Positions 1 through 10,023 of a stretch of 64,000 bases of DNA are shown one piece after another. The stretch is from Squalus acanthias. Its lineage: Eukaryota. The stretch lies in the NCBI GenBank assembly GCA_030390025.1, contig CM059432.1:30568001-30632000 (forward strand), read 5' to 3'. Under the pieces are notes generated by a model, which searched no databases, had not been told where the DNA came from, and worked only from the letters and a program-made list of their open reading frames with translations. Positions within the stretch are counted from its first letter, which is position 1. Every line of letters begins with the position of its first letter. The translations under genes were made by a program, and so were the position numbers.

Positions 1-120
1 GCAATATTGGCTGCTGCGTTTCCCACATTACAACAGTAACTACACTCCAAAAGTACTTAATTGGCTGTAAAGGGCTTTGTGACGTCCGGTGGTCGGGAAA
101 GGCGGTATATAAATGCAAGT
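1..120 (+). mobile_element. 3' part of tRNA-derived Deu-domain SINE (SacSINE1-like)
   Basis: Matches the 3' half of the full copy at 61205-61672 (attggctgctgcgtttcc...acattacaacag...ggctgtaaag...tatataaatgcaa). Confidence 0.7.
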
Positions 121-320
121 CCCAGAGGGCTGTGAATGCTGAGTCTTTAAGTATATTCAAGGCTGAGATCGATAGATTTTTGGACTCTAGGGGAATCAAG
201 GGATATGGAGATCGGGCGGGAAATTGGCATTGAGGTCGATGATCAGCTATGATCTTATTGAATGGTGCAGCAGGCTCGAGGGGCCGTATGGCCTACTCCT
301 GCTCTTATTTCTTATGTTCT
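121..320 (+). mobile_element. CR1-type LINE 3' end fragment
   Basis: Tail shared with other CR1 copies here (gaatgg...caggctcgaggggcc...ggcctactcctgctc...ttcttatgttct). Confidence 0.75.
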
Positions 321-565
321 AAGTCAATCTTTCTTTCTTTTTCTTTCAGGTTTTTTTGTGTCCTGCTTCCTACTGGCTTGTAGCCAACTTGGAAATTATT
401 CCAAAACCCAATCGTTTGGATTGTGTGATCTTTGAGTCTTTGTGTGTGTTAGTTCTTTAAAGATTCTCCAAACCTTCACAGAATCTCTCTCTGGAACTGT
501 GCCCAGATTAAATGTTGGTTTGCTATTTAGATATAACGTAATCAAAGAATATCTGATGTTTCTTC

Positions 566-790
566 AGAAATAGATAGAGAGAGAGAGAGACACACAGAGA
601 GAGAAAGACACACACACACACACACAACTAGAGAGACTGAGAGAGAGACACACACAAAATGACAGACAGAAACAGAAAGAGAGAGTCAGACAAACAGACA
701 CACAGACAACAAGAAAGATACAGACAGAGAGAGACTGAGAGAAAGACACACACGCAAAAACACACACACATATATATGCCAAGAGACACA
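566..790. repeat. Compound (GA)n/(CA)n microsatellite
   Basis: Degenerate GA/CA dinucleotide runs; the overlapping ORFs are low-complexity artefacts. Confidence 0.9.
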
Positions 791-947
791 GGGATACTTT
801 TTGTAATTTATGGTCATCCTTTATTTTTGAATCCAGCAGCCTGGGCAGTAGTCTGAAGGAGTGAATCCCCTGGTTGTAAAACCAGCCTGATTATGGGATG
901 AAATCAGGAGGGTTCTATAACAAGGGATGATATGGTCTGATAGATTA

Positions 948-1200
948 ATAAGAACATAAGAACATAAGAAATAAGAGCAGGAGTAGGCCATTTGGCCCTT
1001 CGAGCCTGCTCCGCCATTCAATAATATCATGGCTGATCTTCTACCTCAACTCCACTCTCCTGAACTATCTCCATAACCCTTGATTCCCTTAATATTCTAA
1101 AATCTATCGATCTCTGTCTTGAATATACTCAACAACTGAGCCTCCACAGCCCTCTGGGGTAGAGAATTCCAAAGATTCACCACCTCTGAGTGAAGAAATT
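948..1200 (-). mobile_element. CR1 LINE 3' fragment
   Basis: (taagaaca)n tail followed by the reverse complement of the CR1 3' end. Confidence 0.75.
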
Positions 1201-1401
1201 ACCAGCAGTGAAGGTAAAAATTACCCCCATAAAAAGACAAAGAGAGACAAAGACTGACAGGCAAAGAAAAAGATACAGAGGTATAGAGAGAAAGGATCAG
1301 ACTTTGGTCTGGTACCATTTTTTAGCGCTCGCTCGAACCAAGAGGCCTGAGGGATTGATGAAAATTGGCCCTGGTAATAAATTTGAAGTCCCTTTGGACT
1401 G

Positions 1402-3062
1402 TGTAAGGGTTTGCGTGCGTGTCTCTCCGCCTGTGAGATTCGCGTGGCTCTGTGCAGCCTGTATGTCAGTGCGGGTTTAGGCCTTGTTGCCTGTTCTGGT
1501 CTCCAGCCAGTCTGGGAACACTAGACACACCTGTGAGTGGTTCGAATCACTCGCCCTTACGGTTCTAGACACTGGACTTAGATGCGAGAGCAGTAATGGA
1601 GATGAAACTCATGTAGACTCGGTTGAATGGTACGAAATGGAAAATCTTTATTGCATAATATTCAAGATTACGAAATACATGTCATAAGCACAGATTAATG
1701 ACAGTACAATCTTACACGCAGTTATGTAACTAATTCTAGGGAAACGAGGAACGAACGACACACCGTAAATGGGGGCACACATTACAATTATCCTTAGTAC
1801 TTAAACCCTCCCCTATCAATATCTGTCCTAGCTAGATTCGTAGGATTCGAGACTCATGCTCACCACTCGTGATAACTCGGAGAAATTCCGAATAGCTGAT
1901 CGGATGTTTTCACCGCAGCACCCACGTGTCGATCAGGGGGTCTCCTGGCCCCACTTGTTTACTTGCTTCTGCTCCGGCTAGCAGGCTGGAACGTCTGTTG
2001 TTATGAAGATCTGTGTTGGTTGGTTTCACGCACCAGTCAACACTTAAGAGAATAATCTCTCAGTGTCCGTCATGAGGATCAGTCAATATCTCAAAGAAGA
2101 ATCTTCCGGGGTCCGTTCTTTAAAGTTCAAAGAAGTCTTCCTGGCAAGGAGAAATGTCTATTCGACCTACAGGCGCGGTCGGGGCTTACTGACCGTGGCG
2201 ATAAGTATGGTCTTCGTCTCTTCTCATCTCATCTCATCTCTTCTCGGGCCTTTGGTTCCGATGCCGGTTACCAACACAGGTCTTCGTGACACGACACGAG
2301 GTAGATCCGAACGGATCACAAAGTTCAACAGTCTTTTAAAAGAGACACCAGGCAAACAGGAACAAGACGGCGAGTCAAGAACACAGGAGCAGCCATGAGG
2401 ATGAACACCAGCAAGATAAGAGGATAAGAGAAAGATGGACGGTTTGGGGCTTGCAATTATAGTGCAAAATCTTCCGTTTCCCGCCCAACCTTAATGTCTT
2501 TTCTTTTGTTTGGGTTTGGCGCTCACATGTCTTGTATAGGTGATCTCCGTTTTTAATGGGTTTCGGGGCTACTCGTAAATGTCTGAGTACCTGTTAATAT
2601 TTCTCCCATTGTTTAATCGGTCGGTGTTCTCCCTGGAGGGGTTTTGGGGCCTCCAAGTGTTTTCTGTAACTACCCGCTAACGGCTCTCTCATCGTAGAGT
2701 CGTTGGGATTCTACATATTAATGTCTTTGGATGGGCCCTTGATTACTTGGTACAATAGCCTTTATTCGTACCCGGGAGACCGATTTCAGTATCTATGTGT
2801 ATACTGCAAACCCATGATGTCTCGTGTATTATCTTCAATGTGCTGAATCTTAATCGATCTTGCACAAATGTTTATTGGAACGCCATCTTGTCTGCCTGTC
2901 GAAAAGTCCAGAATGTTCCGCCACGAGGTGCGGCGGCCATTTTACAAGCTGCCTGTGTCCACTTTGAAACCTGACAGCATTCTGCTGAAATAAAAGCTGT
3001 TTGAACGAAACTATGTGTTTTCTCCTTATTTAATAAAATCGCGATATATTGCGAATTCTACA
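1402..3062 (-). mobile_element. Long solo LTR (1661 bp), ERV/LTR-retroelement
   Basis: TGT...ACA termini and a perfect 4-bp TSD ACTG (1398-1401, 3063-3066). Minus-strand TATAA-like (~2456-2461) and AATAAA (~1647-1652) motifs. Shares motifs with the LTRs at 7645-11430. Confidence 0.85.
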
Positions 3063-3347
3063 ACTGTCTGTTCAATAGTTTGAAGCTGATTTCATATTAG
3101 TAACACTTATGATTTTATTTAACCATGAGTGAGAATTAATACATTACTGTATTTAAGCAGCAGTTTACAAAGAACAATTGAGAATTACATTACTCTGTTG
3201 ATCCTTGGGTAGAAGGCGTGGCCCATTCCTCATACCAGCCTACTCACATATGCTTGTACACCTGTCTGCTCTCCTCCTTAGCTCTTCTACACTGAGAATG
3301 ACCCAAATAAAACTGCATGCTTGCAAACTTAATATTAAACTACAATC

Positions 3348-4914
3348 TAGCAAAGCTTAATACTAAAGAACAGTAAAAGGCGATTACATTTGATTATATT
3401 TCAACAAATCAAAAGTTATCAGCGCATTCCTGCAGACAAATAATGCTGTAGACACTGTTTTTCCCTCTCTTCTAGCAATAACAATTAGTTTTTGCAATAA
3501 CAAGGACACATGTGATCGTACATCATCTGGGGAGTCCGAAAGCCATGGAGTGTGCAGAACAGCAGTTCTAACGAAAAGCTTAGGGTCATTTAACTCTAGC
3601 AATGCCTAATCCCTCTAAATATCCTCATAAGCCCATGGGGAGAAATTCAGTATCGCCCCGTTTGGGGTGCGATTATCGGCCGTGCGCAAGGTTTAGCGCC
3701 TGGCGCTAATTATCGCCTCCGACTGCAAACTTGGCTTTTATCGCCCCTGGAGGTGATTGGAGCGCTAAATCAGGCGCTGCACACCTGTCTTAAGGCGCAA
3801 AGGCCGAGGAGCGAGGCGCTAACTCAGAGCGCGAGTGCAGCGCAGGTGATGTCAGTTAGCGATGGAATGCAGAAAAACTGGCGCCGGACAGTTCTTAAAG
3901 GGGAGGCTCGATCTTGCTCTCCAGCCACACCCTGCTCATTGGAGCCTTGAATCTCGGCCTGGAAAGACCTGTGACTACATTTTCCAGCCAAGGACTATGG
4001 AGAGGGTGAGAGAACGAGCTCAGCGCTTCAGCGAGCGGGCCCTGGAGGCTCTGGTTGGCGCGGTGGAGCACAGAAGATCTATACTCTACCCTGAGAGTGG
4101 CAGGAGGTCTTTGCCACGCGGCTACAGAAGAGTGTGGAGGGAGGTGGCTCAGAGCATCTCCTCCAGGAGCATGGTGACCAGGACCCATATTCAATGTCGC
4201 AAAAGTTCAACGACCTCTTCTGCGCTCCACCGTGCCAACCAGAGCCTCCAAGGCCCGCTCGCTGAAGCGCTGAACTCGTTCTCTCACCCTCTCCATAGTC
4301 CTTGGCTGGAAAATGTAGTCACAGGTCTCTCCAGGTCGAGATCAAGGCTCCAATGAGCAGGGTGTGCCTGGAGAGCAAGATCGAGCCTCCCCTTTAAGAA
4401 CTGTCCGGCGCCAGTTTTTCTGCATTCCATCGCTAACTGACATCACCTGCGCTGCACTCGCGCTCTGAGTTAGCGCCTCGCTCCTCGGCCTTTGCGCCTT
4501 AAGACAGGTGTGCAGCGCCTGATTTCGTGCTCCAATCACCTCCAGGCGATAATTAGCGCCAGGCGCTAAACTTTGCGCACGGCCGATAATTGCGCCCCAA
4601 ACGGGGCGATACTGAATTTCTCCCCATGGGCTTATGAGGATATTTAGAGGGATTAGGCATTGCTAGAGTTAAATGACCCTAAGCTTTTCGTTAGAACTGC
4701 TGTTCTGCACACTCCATGGCTTTCGGACTCCCCAGATGATGTACGATCACATGTGTCCTTGTTATTGCAAAAACTAATTGTTATTGCTAGAAGAGAGGGA
4801 AAAACAGTGTCTACAGCATTATTTGTCTGCAGGAATGCGCTGATAACTTTTGATTTGTTGAAATATAATCAAATGTAATCGCCTTTTACTGTTCTTTAGT
4901 ATTAAGCTTTGCTA
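3348..4914. repeat. Large inverted repeat: arms 3348-4077 and 4216-4914, 138-bp spacer
   Basis: Direct reverse-complement match; the ORF track shows identical ORFs at 3384-3602(-) and 4660-4878(+). Confidence 0.97.
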
Positions 4915-6591
4915 AGGGTGACTGGCTTTTTTTCAATACCTCTCCATCCCTCCATCTCAACCTCACTCTGTGGCCAGGGGGTCTTAAAACCCCAATGCTC
5001 AACACTCATCCAACACCTATGGCCCTCTCATGAAACACACATGCACATTCCACACTTTGCATACATTAAGGGCTATTCAACTATGGGAGGCACATCAGGC
5101 AAGACCATGGCTGCATACATTAAGGGCTATTCAACTATGGGAGGCACATCAGGCAAGACCATGGCTGCATATATTAAGGGCTATTCAACTATGGGAGGCA
5201 CATCAGGCAAGACCATGGCTATATATTTACTCAGACGCCGTCCTTTTTCTTGCAGGCCAAGCTATCTCATAATAGGAGACAGCAGCAACGGATGGGTGGA
5301 GGGTGGCCTCAGCTGCAATCCCTCAGCGATCTTGAGGCGCGCGTCCACAGGATTGTGGCAAGCCAGGTGATCGGTCCCGTCGCCCCTGGAGAGGCCGACC
5401 CCGTTCTGGACAGCAATGGTAAGGTCATCACCTTTTTCTCCTCTCTCATTCCACTTGTCCCTCACAACACCAGCCTTTGACACTTTCAATCCAACTTACT
5501 AAATCGCTGCACTCCTTCCTCACTTACTGGCCCCCTTGTCTTCACGCTAAAGCCACTCTTGTACCTCCCTGCTTTCAGATGGTGATTCACCAGCTGAGGA
5601 GATGGGCCCTCAAGCTGCCAGTGGGAGTGAAGTTGCAGGCGAGGAGGAAGAGGAAGCCGGAGCATCAGCGCTACCCTCTCCCGAGGAAGCCCATGCCCAC
5701 ACTGGGAACACATCTTCCCTGGAGGGGAGCAGGGGGGAAGGGTCTGATGAGGGTGAAGCCCCAGTACCCAGCGGGCTGCAGCAACGCGATGGGGGTAGGG
5801 AAGCTCGGGAGCCTTCTCCCCGGAGGGAGAGTAGGCCAGCGAATCCTGCTGCACTGGACGTAGAGGAGGAGCGGCTCATCGCTGAAATGAACACCCAGGC
5901 GGTGGACATGCACATTCAGCTCATGGGTGCAGTGGGAAGGGTGCCCGAATGCATTGATGCACTGGCAAGGAGTGTGGAGCACTTCGCTGTAGCACAGGCG
6001 GATGCCACGCTAAAGCTTAGTGCTGCAATTCAGTCACTGGCTGCCGTGATCCCATCTCAGAATGCTCTCATGCAGACTCAGATTGAGGCCACGCAAGCAC
6101 TGACTGCTGCCATTGTTGCTGGATCGGACACATTTCCCCGGGGCTCTCACCGCGCCGCAGCAGGCCAGCAATCTGTGCTCCAGCAGATTGCTCCGGATGC
6201 TGATGTGCTGCCCCGTGGGAGTGCCAGTGTGTCGGTCGAGCAGGGAGTTGCTGTCCTCTCTCAAGATGACAGCATTCCTGCTGCCACCACTGTCACTTCC
6301 CCACTGCACTTACCACCGCCTGTAGCCCAGACTGCTGCCGCCCATGCAGAGTTGGTGCAGTCTGCAGCCGGGCCCTCCAGGCCCAGAGCTGGTCGAGGCC
6401 GTCCTTCAAGGGCATCTGCAGTCTCAGGTTCTGACAATCAGCAGCCTTCCACCAGCCTTGCTGCAGCCACTGGGGCCCCATTACGGAGGAGCAGTAGGGT
6501 GGGAAGGGGGGGAAGTGCGCAAGGGAAGGAGATCACCCTCGAAGGGCAAAAAGTAGGAGGTGTGACGAAATGTTGGTCAATTTTTTATTAA
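3997..6591 (+). pseudogene. Harbinger Myb/SANT-like DNA-binding protein gene, 3 exons (3997-~4218 plus remnant 4915-4917; 5256-5418; 5579-6591), disrupted
   Basis: Exon 1 encodes MERVRERAQRFSERALEALV...WREVA...QCRK(K)FNDL (Myb/SANT-like; 1-bp frameshift near 4203). Splice sites: AGG|gtgact at 4918, tgcag|GCC at 5256 (AKLSHNRRQQQRMGGG), G|gtaagg at 5419, and ttcag|AT at 5579, in frame with the 329-aa ORF. Exon 1 is interrupted by the inverted duplication. Confidence 0.85.
5058..5220. repeat. Tandem repeat, 3 x 54 bp, in intron 1 of the Myb-like gene
   Basis: Unit tgcatacattaagggctattcaactatgggaggcacatcaggcaagaccatggc starts at 5058, 5112 and 5166. Confidence 0.95.
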
Positions 6592-7644
6592 AGGCCGAGG
6601 TTCATGTTCAAACTTTTGTTTAGTGTTTTGGACATTATCTCCAGGTTGTGAGAACCAGTTATGTTAATGAATGATTTTTTGTGTTTGTTTCTATTAGTTT
6701 GTCATGAAAAAATGACACACACAGAGTTTGTAAAATAAATAAGTTTTTGTATTCAAAATGTACATGTTTGGTCTTTGGAATCATTGCTGCCTTGGCTGGC
6801 TTAGGGGTTGCGGGTTGGTTTCATTCATGTTGTCTCCATGGCAGAAGCCATTTCCTCAGTAGGGGCCTAGAAGCGGCTTGCTATCAGCCGTTGACGGACG
6901 GCCCTTGCAGTTTCAACATTGTGGGCCTCCCTCCCGTCTTGGTGCTGCTGATGATCATCCTCCTCCTCTTCCTCCTCCTCTTTCTCCTCCTCTTCCTCCT
7001 CCTCCTCCGGTGGTGCTCCAAGGCCTAGTGGCATTGGCTGGGTCCTGAGGGTTGCCAGGTTATGCAGCATGCAGCACACAACTATGAAGAGGGAGACTCA
7101 CTCAGGCGAATACTGCAGGGCTCCTCCTGAGTGGTCCAGACAGCGGTACCGTTGCTTGAGCACGCCGATCGTCTGCTCAACGATGTTCCTGGTGGCGAGA
7201 TGGCTGTCGTACCGCTGCTCAGCAGGGGTGTTGGGGTTACAGAATGGTGTCATCAGCCAGGTGCACAGTGGATAACCCTTGTCCCCGAGGAGCCAACCAC
7301 TTGGCTGATGCGGTGCCTGGAAAAATTCTGGCACAGTAGTCTGGCGCAGGATGAAAGCATCATGGCTGCTGCCAGGATAGTGGGCATTGACAGCAAGTAT
7401 CAGCTGTCTGTGGTCACAGACCAACGGGACGTTTAAGGAGTGGAACCCCTTGCGGTTTCGGAAAACCTCTGCACTCTCATGCAGTGCACGCAATGCCACA
7501 TGCGTGCAGTCAATGGCGCCCTGCACCATGGGGAAGCCCGCTTTCCTCGCAAAGCCCATTGCGCGTTCATGCTGTTTGGCCCAGGTCATCGGGAAAGAGA
7601 TGTACTGGCGTCTCCTTTTATAGAGGGCATTTGTGACCTGCCAG

Positions 7645-10023
7645 TGTAGGGGGTGGTGGTGTGTGTCAGCTTCACCTCTGACTTCTGAGCGGTTCGAATC
7701 GCTCCCACACCCTTGGTTCTAGACCTATTTGGGGGTTGTGACAAAAAGTGCAGCAGACAACTGGTTTTGATGCAAGAACTTTGATCTTTATTTAAGAAAG
7801 TAAAACACAACACAAACACTCTTAACACTCTAAAAATGGGGAACACTTCGGTACAAGCGAGGGAAATAACATTAGAAGAATACTTCACCCCTCCCAATCC
7901 CACTTCGCTAGCTAGGTTGGACTCCAGAGGACCAGGGATGATACTCACCAGAATCCTTGACAGTTAGGTTAGTTCGCGGTTTTGGGGTTCACTCTATATG
8001 TCGGTTTGTGTCTGCCGTAACCCGTACGCAGTAGAGGACTTCAACTGCGTATCTGGTCAGTCTTCGCGAGTCCGCTGATGCGATAGGGTGCGTATTGGAT
8101 TTATCAGGTGAGTACCCACTTTTCTTTAGTTTAGAAGTAGGGTTTAGAGTTTTTTAAGGGAAAATCTTACCCAGGGGTAAGTCAGGAGTAGATTGTAGAG
8201 TGGAAACTTTGCGGTTCTTTGGTTTTTCTTCGAGTTGGTTTTCTTTGGTCGCGGTGGCCCAAATATTGATACTTGGGGGTAGAAATTAGGTTGCGCCCCA
8301 TTTGGGGCGCAAATATCGTCCGGACGCAAATATTAGCGCCTGGCGCTAATTATCGGCACTGACAGGAAACTTCACTTTTACCGCCCCGGGAGGTGAGTGG
8401 AGCGCTAAAGCAGGCGCTGCACACCTCTCTTAAGGCGCAAAGGGCGAGCAGTGAGGTGCTAACTCGGAGCGCTGGCGAAGCTCATGTAATGTGAGTCAGC
8501 AATGGAACACACACACAATGGCACGGGCCAGTTCTTAAAGGGGATGGTTAATCTTGCTTTCCATCCACATCCTGTTCATTGCAGCCTTGAATCTCGGCCT
8601 GGAGAGACTTGCACATCAAATGTGCTGGAAAGTACAATGGAGAGTACCAGGCAAAGAGCTCAGAGTGCAGCTCCCACAGTCTCTGCTAAATCGATACAAG
8701 GAATGGCAAATCAAAATGAACCTGCAAAGTGCTGCTCAGTACCCAAAACTCCTTCACACAACGTTGAATCTCTCCAGAAGTCTCTCCCTCTCTCTCTCAG
8801 AATGCGTAGTTCAAAAATGCCACCAACAATAAAAGACAGGAAGAGGCCCCCTTTAAATAGCGCCCCCCCCAGCCCCACAGCGATTGATAGCGTTCCAGTC
8901 TTCTGGTCGTTGGAAGCGCCAGGCGGTAAGGCAGGGGGCGCCACTCAATTTCTGCTACGGGGCGCCACAAGGGCGTTGCACCATGGAATGACGTCACAAT
9001 CTGCGCGCGCAGGTGGTCGCAGCGGTAAGTTTTAGCGCCGCCGCACAATCTCAAGTTAAGTTCTCGAGCGGCGCAAACATCGCTGCGCCCGGGCGTTAGC
9101 GGCTTTGCGCCCCATTAGCGCCCTCTTAAGGCGCTAACGGGAGGCGCAACCAAGTGAATTTTTACCCCTTGGTGTTTGGTTGGTTGTTTCGTGAGGGCCT
9201 TATTGCCGCGAGGTGTCCGGTGGTCCCTGAGGCGGTCGTTCTGGTTTCTTCTCGTGTCAGCCTACTTTGTTGGATGGTCTGGCCTTCGAGCTGTCGACCC
9301 CCTGGCTGGACACGGAACGCTGAACGGTGTTGGTTTTAGAACTGTGTTGCGGAGAATGCCTCCGTCGATGTCTTCTTGTTCTTCCTTCCTCCTCTTCTTC
9401 TTCAGCTTGAGAACGGGCCTTCAATTATACCCATTGAAGGTTCCTTATCTGCGCGCCAAATCAGGTCTCGGTCTTTGTTAGTTTTGGCGGGCTCGTTAAC
9501 GGTAACTGGTTTGTTAAGGTGTGAAGTGGTTCCGGGATGGCCCCCATCCTGTCGATTTGCCACTTAATCGGAGTTTGATTGTTCTTATGTTTTGGGTTTT
9601 CTTGGCTGGGCCTATGATTTCTATAGAGTACGCCGAAGTAATCTGTTTTAATGCACGTCTTAATGGGCTCTGTTACTTGGGGTGGAGACTGTTTTTCCTC
9701 GGGTTTATTGTTAGGATGCTAATGTCTGATAGGGGCCGATTTACACTCCCAGCGAGATCATGCGGTTCCCCAGACAGTTCCCATTAGCTCCAATACCCAA
9801 ACTGTTTTTTACAGAGGTTGATCCCACCTTCCTTCACAGCCTTTTTCTCCCTTAAAAGCCCAGACATGTTTTAAAAGTACCAAATCTTGGTTTTTGCTCA
9901 AAAGGTTCTTCGGTTAGGCCCAATGCACGTCATCACCCTGTAATAGCTAGAAAAGAGTCCAAAGTCTCTTTCCTTAGGGTTTTCTTAGAGTTAGGGGGAT
10001 CTGTGAATTTTGAGAATCTTACA
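7645..10023 (-). mobile_element. Long LTR (complete, ~1.49 kb net of the MITE), first unit of a tandem LTR pair
   Basis: TGTAGG...CTTACA termini; colinear with 10024-11430; minus-strand TATAA (~9425) and AATAAA (~7787). Confidence 0.85.
8276..9168. mobile_element. Harbinger MITE / internal-deletion derivative inserted in the LTR
   Basis: TIRs GGGGTAGAAATT / AATTTTTACCCC and TSD TTG (8273-8275, 9169-9171). Both ends align with the ends of the 3637-12336 element; absent from the sister LTR. Confidence 0.92.

Noticed and set aside
564..856. ORFs over the GA/CA tract
   Set aside because: Low-complexity translations of a microsatellite.
400..890. Possible minus-strand exons (WFYNQGIHSFRLLPRLLDSK; KPTFNLGTVPERDSVKVW)
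   Set aside because: Weak splice sites, incompatible phases, no recognisable homology.
3384..4878. Two identical 72-aa ORFs on opposite strands
   Set aside because: A consequence of the inverted duplication; non-ATG start and no domain.
5058..5220. CRISPR-like regular repeat
   Set aside because: Units are contiguous with no unique spacers; eukaryotic context.
6867..7644. Domesticated host HARBI1 gene
   Set aside because: Lies within TIRs and a TSD, has an in-frame stop and an LTR insertion; it is a transposon copy.
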